Part shown: one piece after another, positions 49,213-58,807 of the stretch
How positions within the stretch are numbered: position 1 is the first letter of the stretch
How the letters are laid out: each line of letters begins with the position of its first letter
Source of the DNA: Clostridium sp. CAG:440
GTDB lineage: Bacteria > Bacillota > Clostridia > TANB77 > CAG-508
Assembly (NCBI GenBank): GCA_000437215.1
Contig: FR898645.1
Coordinates: forward strand, 9,979 to 73,978
Length of the DNA stretch: 64,000 nucleotides
Reading direction: 5' to 3'
Notes under the pieces: model-generated
The model's database searches: none
What the model saw: only the letters and a program-made list of their open reading frames with translations
What the model was told of the DNA's origin: nothing
Program-made: the position numbers and the translations under genes

Positions 49213-50553
49213 ATGATAGATATTGCAAGAAATATAGCTTTAGAGGTTTTATATAAAATGGATGAAAGTGGAGCTTATTCTAATATTGCTTTAGATGATA
49301 TGCTAAAAAATAATAGAAAGGCACTTTCTGATAGGGATGTTTCATTAATTTCACAAATTGTTTATGGAGTTACAACATGGAAGCTTACTTTAGATGAAAT
49401 TATAAAGAAATATTCTTCTATTAAATTAAAAAAGATTTCTATTTGGATTATTAATATTTTAAGAATGGGAATTTATCAAATTATTTTTTTGGATAAAATT
49501 CCTAAATCTGCTGCTGTTAACGAATGCGTTAATTTGGCAAAAAGATATGGGCATAAGGCAAGTTCTGGATTTGTTAATGCTATTTTAAGAAAAGTAAGCC
49601 CAGATGATTATTTACAGTTATTTGATGTTAAGTTACCAAAAGCAGAAATGATTTCAAAAACACAAAGTATGCCTTTATGGATTATAGAGGAGCTTTTAGA
49701 AAATAATACAATAGAAGAAGTAGAAGAGATTTGTAAAAATTTAAATTTAACTCCATGTGTTTCTATAAGAGTAAATAATGTAAAGACTACAAAAAAAGAA
49801 TTGGAAGAAATTTTTAATAAAAATTCAATTCAGTATGAAGAAGGAGAATTAGATGATTTCTTGATTTTGAATAAGGCAAAAAGTATTGAAAATATTGAAG
49901 GATTTAAAGAAGGACTATTTACGGTGCAAGATGAATCAGCAGGACTTACATGTTTAGTCTTAAATCCTAAAGAAGGACAAATGGTTTTAGATGCATGTAG
50001 TGCTCCTGGAGGAAAAACAACATATATGGCAGAAATTATGAAAAATACAGGAAATATAAAGGCATGGGATGTATATGAACATAGAATAAATTTGATAAAT
50101 GAAAATGCAAATAGATTAGGATTAAAAAATATTAATACAAGTATAAATGATGCAAGCATATATAATGAAGCTTATAAAGAAAAATTCGATAAAATTTTGT
50201 TAGATGTACCTTGCTTAGGAATTGGAGTAATAAGAAGAAAGCCAGATATAAAATGGCAAAGAAAACAAGAAGACGTTTATGAAATTTCTAAATTACAATA
50301 TAAAATATTAGAAACATGTTCTAAATATTTAAAACCTGGAGGTGAGTTGGTATATTCTACATGTAGTATATTAAAAAAGGAAAATGAAGGTGTTATTTTA
50401 AAATTTTTGGAAAACAATAAAGATTTTGAAATAAAAAAATTAGATAGCAATAAATGGAATGAGTATATAAAAGAAGAAAAATATTTTTCAATAAAGCCAG
50501 ATAAAAAACATGATGGATTTTTTATTTGCAAGCTACATAAAAACAACATTTAA
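49213..50553 (+). CDS. rsmB: 16S rRNA (cytosine967-C5)-methyltransferase
   Basis: NusB-like N-domain, then DACSAPGGKTT, LDVPCLGIGVIRRKPDIKW and YSTCS. Confidence 0.9.
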   Translation: MIDIARNIALEVLYKMDESGAYSNIALDDMLKNNRKALSDRDVSLISQIVYGVTTWKLTLDEIIKKYSSIKLKKISIWIINILRMGIYQIIFLDKIPKSAAVNECVNLAKRYGHKASSGFVNAILRKVSPDDYLQLFDVKLPKAEMISKTQSMPLWIIEELLENNTIEEVEEICKNLNLTPCVSIRVNNVKTTKKELEEIFNKNSIQYEEGELDDFLILNKAKSIENIEGFKEGLFTVQDESAGLTCLVLNPKEGQMVLDACSAPGGKTTYMAEIMKNTGNIKAWDVYEHRINLINENANRLGLKNINTSINDASIYNEAYKEKFDKILLDVPCLGIGVIRRKPDIKWQRKQEDVYEISKLQYKILETCSKYLKPGGELVYSTCSILKKENEGVILKFLENNKDFEIKKLDSNKWNEYIKEEKYFSIKPDKKHDGFFICKLHKNNI

Positions 50554-50601
50554 ATATTATTACAGAAGTGTTACATTTAGATTACATTTAGATTAAATAT
50601 A

Positions 50602-50629
50602 TTGACTTTTAAGTATATAGAGGTAAAAT
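50602..50629 (+). promoter_or_regulatory. Candidate sigma-A promoter of the pilus cluster
   Basis: TTGACT (50602-50607), a 16-nt spacer, then TAAAAT (50624-50629). It is preceded by a tandem 11-nt repeat. Confidence 0.45.
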
Positions 50630-50745
50630 ATATACGTAAAAAAACTACAAAAAATAGCAAAAAAAGACAAAAAATAAATAAAATTCAAGTATGAAAATTA
50701 ACAAATATAGAAAAAATATATATAAAATAAAAAAGGAGAAAAGTA

Positions 50746-52371
50746 ATGCCTAGTTGCCTTGGAATGTATGTGCAAGATAATTTAATTAAATATGCAAAAG
50801 TTTCAAAAGACCATGACAAAATAAAAGTAGATTCTTTCGGTGTTAAATTTTATGAAAATATAAATGAAGCAATTAAACAAGTGGTTGAGGAAACTTATAG
50901 CTATAAGACACCAATTAGTATAAATTTGGAACAAGAAATATACAATTATTTTGATATGTTTGCTTTATTGAATAAAACAGATTTACAAAAAGCAATAAAA
51001 ACAGAATTTGATGCATTTTGCCAAGATAAAGGCTACAACCCAAATGCTTTTGAAAAAAGATCAGCGGTTGTTCCAAATATAGATGATAAACAAAAATTAA
51101 AGGTAATTCATGTTAGCGAAAATAAAATAGAATTTAACAAAATGTTACAACTATTTTCAGGCTATAAGCTAGCTGCTGTTTCTCCAATATCAATGACAAT
51201 ATCTAATTTAAAAGAATTTGAACCAAAACAAAATTATTTAATTGTAAATATTGAAGACCAAACAACAGTTACAACAATAATAGATCAACAAATATATAAT
51301 ATAGAAACAATCCCACAGGGAAGCAAAGAATTTTTAGAAAAATTAAATATGATAGAAAATTCTTATTCTAAAGCATATGAAACTTGTAAGAACACTACAA
51401 TATATACTTCAGAAGGAAGAGAATTACAAGATATAGAAAATAGTCATTTGGAAGAAATAATGCCAACATTATATTCTATAGTAAGCCAAATACAAAAAAT
51501 AATTAATACAAACACAGCAAAAATTGAAAAAGTATATATAACTGGTACAGCAGCATTAATAAACAATATAGAATTGTATTTTCAAGAATATTTGGAAGAT
51601 ACAAAATGTGAAATACTAAAACCATCATTTATTACAAACACAAAAGATATAAACATAAAAGATTATATTGAAGTAAACTCTGCAATTTCACTTGCATTGT
51701 TAGGACTTGGACAAGGTTTAACTTCAATGAACTTTAAAGGTGCAACATTTGCAGATAAATTACCAGATTGGCTAAAAATAGATGTTGGGGGATCAAATAA
51801 GACAAAGGAAAAAGACAAAAATAAACAAAAAGGATTATTTACATTTGATTTAGGACAAAAGCTAGACACAGTAGAAAGAAATTTACTAAGATCAGCAGGG
51901 GGCTTATTTATTTTGCTTGCAGTATATTCTGGTTTTTCATGTGTACTAAATAATCAGCTAAACAGTAAACAAGAAGAAGCAGCAGCAAGAACATCACAAA
52001 TAAACTCACAAATTGCACTTGCAAAATCAGATGATTCAAAAATCAAGAACAAAACAAGTGAATATACTACTATGATTAAAAATTTGCAAGATATAAATGA
52101 TAAAATAAATAATGCACTAAAAACAAAAAATGCAATACCAAACTTATTAAATCAAATAATGTTTATAATACCAGAAAATGTTCAAATAACATCAATACAA
52201 AATACAACAGACAAACATATAGAAATAAATGCACAATCAAATAAGTATGAACAATTAGGATATTTAAAAGCCAAAATTAAAGCTGACAATATTTTAACAA
52301 ATGTAATTTCTACTGCAGGACAAAAAGAAAATAATGTAGTTACAGTAAAAATAGAAGGAGACTTGCCATGA
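50746..52371 (+). CDS. pilM: Type IV pilus assembly protein, PilM-like actin-fold N-half fused to a TM plus PilN-like coiled C-half
   Basis: 541 aa. The first ~330 aa are PilM-like, followed by a TM (LLRSAGGLFILLAVYSGF), then a coiled coil and a beta domain. First gene of the pil cluster. Confidence 0.65.
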   Translation: MPSCLGMYVQDNLIKYAKVSKDHDKIKVDSFGVKFYENINEAIKQVVEETYSYKTPISINLEQEIYNYFDMFALLNKTDLQKAIKTEFDAFCQDKGYNPNAFEKRSAVVPNIDDKQKLKVIHVSENKIEFNKMLQLFSGYKLAAVSPISMTISNLKEFEPKQNYLIVNIEDQTTVTTIIDQQIYNIETIPQGSKEFLEKLNMIENSYSKAYETCKNTTIYTSEGRELQDIENSHLEEIMPTLYSIVSQIQKIINTNTAKIEKVYITGTAALINNIELYFQEYLEDTKCEILKPSFITNTKDINIKDYIEVNSAISLALLGLGQGLTSMNFKGATFADKLPDWLKIDVGGSNKTKEKDKNKQKGLFTFDLGQKLDTVERNLLRSAGGLFILLAVYSGFSCVLNNQLNSKQEEAAARTSQINSQIALAKSDDSKIKNKTSEYTTMIKNLQDINDKINNALKTKNAIPNLLNQIMFIIPENVQITSIQNTTDKHIEINAQSNKYEQLGYLKAKIKADNILTNVISTAGQKENNVVTVKIEGDLP

Positions 52372-53117
52372 AAAAATTATTAATATCAATACTTATAATT
52401 TTGCTATTAGTATTATGCGGCTTTGCAGTAACTAAAGGCTATAATATAGGAGATTTTACAGTTTTAGGAGTAGAAACTATAAAAGAAAAAAATGAACAAT
52501 TAGATGAAACTATAGGACAAGCAACAAAGCTTGCAAGCACAGATTATCCCAAAGCTATATCAGATACAGAAGCAGACCTTAAGAAATTAACACAGGAAAA
52601 GAAAAATTATGAAGATATGGTTACAATTAGTACTGGGGACGAAGTAAAACAAGCAACACAATTTCAAAAATATGAAATCGAATCTTTATGGGTAAAAATT
52701 GGAAATCATGCAAAAAGTGAAGGTGTTGTTATGAAAATGGATTTATTAAGAGGTACAGGAGACGATAACTATAATTTAAACTTTACTGTAAATGGTTCAT
52801 ATATTGGAATTACAAATTTTATATCTAATATAGAAAATGATTCGCAATTAGGCTTTAAAATAGAAAATTTTTCAATGGTACCAAGTAGTAGTACAACAGA
52901 TTTACAAGCAACATTTACATGTAAAGATATAACAATAAAAGGAATATCAAATAGTTCAAGTACTATAAACCAATCAACTAATAATCAAACCAATAATACT
53001 ACAACAAACACAAACAATACAACAAGTTCAAATTCAACAAATACTGCAAATAGTACAAACAATAGTACAAACACAAATACAGCTAACAATACAAACACAA
53101 CAAATACTTTAAGATAA
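52368..53117 (+). CDS. PilO-like bitopic pilus assembly protein with an Asn/Thr-rich tail
   Basis: N-terminal TM, a coiled segment, and a C-terminal low-complexity run of about 55 aa (NNQTNNTTTNTNNTT...). Its start overlaps the pilM stop. Confidence 0.45.
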   Translation: MKKLLISILIILLLVLCGFAVTKGYNIGDFTVLGVETIKEKNEQLDETIGQATKLASTDYPKAISDTEADLKKLTQEKKNYEDMVTISTGDEVKQATQFQKYEIESLWVKIGNHAKSEGVVMKMDLLRGTGDDNYNLNFTVNGSYIGITNFISNIENDSQLGFKIENFSMVPSSSTTDLQATFTCKDITIKGISNSSSTINQSTNNQTNNTTTNTNNTTSSNSTNTANSTNNSTNTNTANNTNTTNTLR

Positions 53118-53137
53118 TAAAAAAGGAGTATAGGTTA

Positions 53138-53596
53138 ATGGCTAAAAATATTATTAAAGAAATAATTATTATGCTACTTTTATGTTTAGCAATAATTTTA
53201 ATATTAGGAGTTATACTATATGAATATGTACCATCAAATAAAATCTTGCCAGAAGAAGTTTCATATGTTACTCCACAAAATATAAAAGAAGAATTAAAAA
53301 ATTCTGATAGCATAGAAGAAGATAAAGTTATTCTGACATATGAAATAGATGAATCAGATTTAACTAATTATCAAAAAATAAAAGACTATAAACCAGGAAA
53401 AGTAAACCCATTTTCCACATATGAGGAAAAAACAGAGGAAAACCAAAGCCAAAACGGGCAAAATACAACAAATAATAATTCTGGTTCAACAAATAGTGAT
53501 AATAGTTCTTCAACTGGAGGAAATACACAAAATTCTGTACAAAATTCAAACACAAGCTCAGAAGGTACTTATTTTCCAGACAAAGGAACAAAATAA
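53138..53596 (+). CDS. Bitopic membrane protein with an Asn/Ser-rich tail (pilus cluster, unknown role)
   Basis: 152-aa ORF with a good RBS (AAAAGGAG), one TM and a low-complexity C-terminus. Confidence 0.4.
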   Translation: MAKNIIKEIIIMLLLCLAIILILGVILYEYVPSNKILPEEVSYVTPQNIKEELKNSDSIEEDKVILTYEIDESDLTNYQKIKDYKPGKVNPFSTYEEKTEENQSQNGQNTTNNNSGSTNSDNSSSTGGNTQNSVQNSNTSSEGTYFPDKGTK

Positions 53597-53686
53597 TTTA
53601 AGTTTTTAACATTATATTTATAAAATGCACTTATAAATATATGAAAAATAAATTTTAAAAATTCAAAAGAAAAGGAGGAAATTTTT

Positions 53687-54121
53687 ATGTTCAAAGAACA
53701 AAAAGGTGTTACACTAATTGCATTAGTTATCACAATCATCGTATTATTAATTTTAGCAGGGGTATCAATTGCAATGCTAACAGGTGACAATGGTATATTA
53801 ACAAAAGCATCAAGCTCAAATGAAACAAATTCTATAGCACAAATTAAAGAAGACGTTTCTTTAGCTGTATCTGAAATAATGGCTAATAAAGCAGATCCAA
53901 CATATAATGGTAATGAATCTACTTTAAGTATAAAAAATATTGCAACAATAGCTGCAAAAAATGATGCATCATTAACAATTTCAACAACTGGTCTTGCTGA
54001 AACAGAAATAACTGAAGCTGCAACATTTGATGTTACTGTTAACAAAATAACTTATACAGTAACTTATACACCAAAAACAGCAAGTACTGCTTCAAAAATT
54101 GATGTAGTAAAAAAATCATAA
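53687..54121 (+). CDS. pilA: Type IV (pre)pilin, probable major subunit, Ala at position +5
   Basis: MFKEQKG/VTLIALVITIIVLLILAGVSIAMLTG, with a strong RBS AAAGGAGG. A stable hairpin follows at 54137-54168. Confidence 0.7.
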   Translation: MFKEQKGVTLIALVITIIVLLILAGVSIAMLTGDNGILTKASSSNETNSIAQIKEDVSLAVSEIMANKADPTYNGNESTLSIKNIATIAAKNDASLTISTTGLAETEITEAATFDVTVNKITYTVTYTPKTASTASKIDVVKKS

Positions 54122-54187
54122 TTAGTAAAAAAGCAAAAGCCATACGCACACTAAGTGTGTATGGCTTAACTTATAAAAAGGAGAAAC

Positions 54188-55003
54188 ATGGAAACAATAA
54201 TATATATAATAATATTTTTAATAGGAGCAATGTTTGGAAGTTTTTTTACACTTGCCGTATATAGAATTCCAAGAAGAGAAGACATAACACACACAAGATC
54301 ATACTGTCCTAAATGTAATCACAAATTAGGATTTTTTGACATGTTTCCAATTTTAAGCTATATAATTTTAGGTGGTAAATGTAGATATTGTAAAGAAAAG
54401 ATAAGACCTAGGTATTTAATATTAGAAATACTATCTGGGTTAATTTTTGTATCTATATTTTACTTAATGAAAATTGATATATATAACATAAAAATAGAAC
54501 AGGTAGCAGAATATTGCTTTATGGTACTATATTTATCATTTTTGTTTATAATTGCAGGAATAGATAAAGAACAAAGAAAAATAGAAAAACCAGTACTTAC
54601 ATATGGAATAATTATATCAATTATATATATAGCATATCTATGCATAGTAGAAAAAGCTAATATATATAGATATGTTATATATCTTGTTTTTTACGTATTA
54701 ATATTAATTTTAGATACAATATCACTAAAAAAATATGCAAAAAGCAAATATATAAATGGAATATTATTAATGATAATTGTAATTGCAATTTTTACAGGAG
54801 AATATGTAACAATAAATACAATAGCATTTACATCACTTACAGTTGCAATATATATATTGTTAAATAAATTAAAACAAAGAAGAAATAAAAGCTTAAAAAC
54901 AGACAAACAAATTTGGAAAGATTTAAAAATAGGATTTTACTTAAGTATTACAAATGTATTAACAATACTATATGTATTATTATATAACAATTTTATAGTA
55001 TAG
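54188..55003 (+). CDS. pilD: Prepilin peptidase (A24 family)
   Basis: Contains FGSFFTLAVYRIP, CPKCNHKL..CRYCKEKI and IAGIDKEQRKI. Polytopic. Confidence 0.85.
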   Translation: METIIYIIIFLIGAMFGSFFTLAVYRIPRREDITHTRSYCPKCNHKLGFFDMFPILSYIILGGKCRYCKEKIRPRYLILEILSGLIFVSIFYLMKIDIYNIKIEQVAEYCFMVLYLSFLFIIAGIDKEQRKIEKPVLTYGIIISIIYIAYLCIVEKANIYRYVIYLVFYVLILILDTISLKKYAKSKYINGILLMIIVIAIFTGEYVTINTIAFTSLTVAIYILLNKLKQRRNKSLKTDKQIWKDLKIGFYLSITNVLTILYVLLYNNFIV

Positions 55004-55015
55004 AAAGGGAAAAAA

Positions 55016-55471
55016 ATGAATGTAAAAAGTCAAAAAGGTTTTACAGGAATAGACATAACAATTGCAATAATTGTAATTACATTATTTGTATCAATAATAT
55101 CAGTTGTTTTTTACAACATCACTATATCATCTAAAAAGGTAGAAAGAAAAACAGAAGCAACATATATAGCACAAGATGTTATAGAAAAGATAAAAGCATT
55201 AGACTATGATGAGGCAATAGAAACCCAAGGAGAAGATGCAGTTGATATTGGTTCATATAAAAATAATAATAAATTAATTATAGACAATAAAGAATATGAC
55301 TCAGCTTATACTATAGAAATAAAAGTAAAAAAATATGTTCCAAATTCTAATGGACAAGAAAACAATGATTCAAACGATTTAGTAAAAATAGTAAATGTAA
55401 ATGTTTTATATAAAATAGGAAAAGAAGTAGAAAACGTGGAGTTAACAACGACAATAGTTAGAAATAGGTAG
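55016..55471 (+). CDS. Minor pilin-like protein
   Basis: MNVKSQKG/FTGIDITIAIIVITLF (Asp at +5). Confidence 0.5.
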   Translation: MNVKSQKGFTGIDITIAIIVITLFVSIISVVFYNITISSKKVERKTEATYIAQDVIEKIKALDYDEAIETQGEDAVDIGSYKNNNKLIIDNKEYDSAYTIEIKVKKYVPNSNGQENNDSNDLVKIVNVNVLYKIGKEVENVELTTTIVRNR

Positions 55472-55486
55472 AAAGGACGTTTTAAT

Positions 55487-55942
55487 ATGAGGTCAGAAAA
55501 AGGTGTAACATTAACATCATTAATTATATATGTGATTGCGATGTTAATAGCTATTACAATCATTTCAATAATGACAGGGTATTTTTATAAAAATATAGAC
55601 GTATCAACAGAAAAATATTCTTATTTAGGGGAATACACAAGATTTAATAGTTATTTTTCTGAAGAAGTTAACAAAGAAGGCAATAAAATCTTAGAAGTAG
55701 TAAGCTTTACAAATGCAAATGAACAAGACAAGAACAAACAAAGATATGTTGCATTTTCTAGTAAAAATCAATACACATATATTCCAGAAAATAAAGCAAT
55801 TTATCAAAATAATGTAAAAATTGCAAGTGGAGTTGACAATTGTGAATTTACAGAAAAAATAGAAAATGGAAAAGAAGCAATTGAAGTAAAATTAAAAATT
55901 GGCGATTTAGAAAAAAAAGTTACCTATATTTTAAAAAAATAG
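55487..55942 (+). CDS. Minor pilin-like protein
   Basis: MRSEKG/VTLTSLIIYVIAMLIA (Ser at +5). Confidence 0.5.
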   Translation: MRSEKGVTLTSLIIYVIAMLIAITIISIMTGYFYKNIDVSTEKYSYLGEYTRFNSYFSEEVNKEGNKILEVVSFTNANEQDKNKQRYVAFSSKNQYTYIPENKAIYQNNVKIASGVDNCEFTEKIENGKEAIEVKLKIGDLEKKVTYILKK

Positions 55943-56032
55943 TAAATAAAGGTAATTTATAAAAGTTTAACAAAAATATCTAGAAATATTGTATAATAAT
56001 ATAGAGCACGTAAGAAAAAAGGAGGAAACAAA

Positions 56033-57673
56033 ATGGATGTAAGAAGAAGACAACCAATGGGGGTTGAATTAGTAAAAAGAGGAATTGTAAATGAAGAAGC
56101 AATAGAAGAGGCTTTAACATACCAAAGAGAACATCCAAACCAAAAAATTGGAGATATATTATATATATTAGGATTAGCAGAGCCTAAAACATTAATAGAG
56201 GCAATAGGTGAAATATTGGGAACAAAAGGTATATTATTAAATTCTGAAAGCATAAAAATAAATTTAACAGATTATATTTCATTAGATATTGCTCAAAAAA
56301 ATAAAGCAGTACCATTTGAGGTTTCTTCAGGAAAAATTAAAGTTTGCTTTGCAAATACAGTTAATAATAGAGCAATGGAAACAATAAGAATGTTATTTTT
56401 AAATAAAGGGCTTGTTATGGAAAGTTATGTTACATTTGAAAATGACATAGAAAAATACTTGCGTTCATTGGAAGGTGAGGCAGGTAAGGCCGGAATAGAG
56501 GTTGCAGACCAAGGAGGAACAATTACATCACTTGTTGATAGCATAATAAAAACTGGAATGGTAAAAAGAGCAAGTGATATACACATAGAACCATTAGAAA
56601 ATGAAGTAAGAGTAAGATACAGAATAGATGGTGAACTTGTAACAGCAGCTACAATAGATAAAGAAAAACAAACACAAATAATAGGAAGATTAAAAGCAAT
56701 ATCTAATATGCATCAAGAAAAACAAGAATCACAAGATGGAAGAATTTTATTATATGATGATTATAATATTCGTGTTTCTTCACAACCAAATGTATATGGT
56801 GAAAAATTTGTTTTAAGGTTATTAAAGAAAAATGCAGATATTAAACAAATATTTGATTTAGGATTTCCAGGAGATGAAAAAACATTAAACAAAAGTGTAA
56901 ATAAAAGAAATAGTATAACAATAATAGCAGCACCAACAGGTGAAGGAAAAACAACTACACTATATAGTATAATAGACTATTTAAATAGACCAGAAATAAA
57001 CATAACAACAATAGAAGATCCAGTAGAAATACGTATACCAGGACTTAACCAAATAGAAATAGACAAAAAATCAACATTTTCAAGTGCATTAAGAACAGTT
57101 TTAAGACAAGACCCAGATGTAATACTTGTAGGAGAAATAAGAGATAGAGAAACAGCAGAAATAGCAATACAAGCAGGACAAACAGGACACTATGTTTTAT
57201 CAACAATACATACAATAGACAGTATAGAAGTAATAAATAGACTAAGAAAAATAGGAGTATCAGATTATGACATAGCCAGTACATTAGCAACATCAATATC
57301 ACAAAGACTTGTTAGGAGATTATGTCATGAATGTAGAAGAGAAAGAGAATTTACAGAAGAAGAAAAACAAATAATAACAAATATTTCTAATAAATATGGT
57401 ATGAATGTTGATTTAAGCAATATAAAAACATATGATGCAATTGGATGTAAACACTGCAATAATACAGGCTATTATGACAGAATAGGTGTATTTGAAGTAT
57501 TGGATTTAGATGATGAAATAAAAGAATTAATAGTAAAAGGTGCTTCTAGTATAGAAATAAGAAATAAAGCATTAGAAAAAAATTATAGACCACTTGCAGT
57601 AGATGGAATTAAAAAAGTGTTAATGGGAATAACAACACTTGAAGAATTAAACAATAAGTTATTGATATTCTAA
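56033..57673 (+). CDS. pilB: Type IV pilus assembly ATPase PilB (GspE family)
   Basis: Contains APTGEGKTTT, VGEIRD and a tetracysteine CHECRRE..CKHCNNTGY. Confidence 0.9.
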   Translation: MDVRRRQPMGVELVKRGIVNEEAIEEALTYQREHPNQKIGDILYILGLAEPKTLIEAIGEILGTKGILLNSESIKINLTDYISLDIAQKNKAVPFEVSSGKIKVCFANTVNNRAMETIRMLFLNKGLVMESYVTFENDIEKYLRSLEGEAGKAGIEVADQGGTITSLVDSIIKTGMVKRASDIHIEPLENEVRVRYRIDGELVTAATIDKEKQTQIIGRLKAISNMHQEKQESQDGRILLYDDYNIRVSSQPNVYGEKFVLRLLKKNADIKQIFDLGFPGDEKTLNKSVNKRNSITIIAAPTGEGKTTTLYSIIDYLNRPEINITTIEDPVEIRIPGLNQIEIDKKSTFSSALRTVLRQDPDVILVGEIRDRETAEIAIQAGQTGHYVLSTIHTIDSIEVINRLRKIGVSDYDIASTLATSISQRLVRRLCHECRREREFTEEEKQIITNISNKYGMNVDLSNIKTYDAIGCKHCNNTGYYDRIGVFEVLDLDDEIKELIVKGASSIEIRNKALEKNYRPLAVDGIKKVLMGITTLEELNNKLLIF

Positions 57674-57693
57674 ACAAAAGAGGAGGAAAATAT

Positions 57694-58794
57694 ATGGACA
57701 TGAATAAAATATTGGATATTGCGTTTGAAAAAGACGCATCTGATATACACCTAATATGTAATAATAAACCAATACTAAGAATTGCAAGAACATTAGTACC
57801 AATAGAAGAAATGGATGTATTAACACCAGACGATATGAATGAAATGTATGATTATTTAGTAATGGGAAACGTAGAAAAAGATGAAGTATTTAATACAACA
57901 AGGAAACTAGATACATCATATGAGTATAAGGGAGTTCGTTTAAGGGTAAATATATCACTTTCAGATGATGTGCCTTTATGTACATTAAGAATTATAAAAA
58001 ATGAATTACCATCATATGAATCACTTGGAGTTCCAGATGTTGTAAGAAGGATGACATATCAACCACAAGGGGTAATGTTAGTTACAGGAAAAACAAACTC
58101 AGGAAAAACAACAACACTAAATGCTTTAATAAATGATATAAATGAGAATCAAAATAGAAAAATATTAACACTAGAAAACCCAGTAGAATATAAGCATCAT
58201 TCTAAAAAATCTTTAATAGTTCAAAAAGAAGTAGGAAAAGGACAAGATGTTTTAACATTTAGCCAAGGAGTTAAAAACTCACTAAGAGAAGACTGTGATA
58301 TACTAGTAATAGGGGAGATTAGAGACAAAGAAACAATGGAAGCTGCTATAGAAATGGCAGAATCTGGACACTTGGTAATAGGAACACTACATACAAAATC
58401 TTGTGCGGAAACAATAGACAGAATGATAAACTTCTATGAAGTAAGAGACCAAGCACAAATAAAATACTTATTATCTTCATTATTAAAACTTGTTGTTTCA
58501 CAAAGATTGTTAAAAGGAACTAATGGAAAACTAGTATTGGTTCCAGAGGTTATGGTTGTTGATAATATAGTTTCTGGAGTAATTAGAAAGGACAAGTTAA
58601 GCGTTTCAGAAATAGAAGATGCAATACAAAGTAACCAAGAAAAGGGAAGTATAGGATTAATAAATTCACTTGCCAAACTATTTGTTGAAGATAAAATTAC
58701 TTTAGCACAGGCTAAAGAACAAATAGAAGAAAAAAATATAGAAACATTAAATAGGACAATTATGCAATTAAAAATAAAAAGAGACATGCATTAA
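57694..58794 (+). CDS. pilT: Type IV pilus retraction ATPase PilT
   Basis: Contains ASDIHL, GKTNSGKTTT, IGEIRD and AESGHLVIGTLHT. Confidence 0.9.
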   Translation: MDMNKILDIAFEKDASDIHLICNNKPILRIARTLVPIEEMDVLTPDDMNEMYDYLVMGNVEKDEVFNTTRKLDTSYEYKGVRLRVNISLSDDVPLCTLRIIKNELPSYESLGVPDVVRRMTYQPQGVMLVTGKTNSGKTTTLNALINDINENQNRKILTLENPVEYKHHSKKSLIVQKEVGKGQDVLTFSQGVKNSLREDCDILVIGEIRDKETMEAAIEMAESGHLVIGTLHTKSCAETIDRMINFYEVRDQAQIKYLLSSLLKLVVSQRLLKGTNGKLVLVPEVMVVDNIVSGVIRKDKLSVSEIEDAIQSNQEKGSIGLINSLAKLFVEDKITLAQAKEQIEEKNIETLNRTIMQLKIKRDMH

Positions 58795-58807
58795 AAGGAG
58801 GTAAAAG

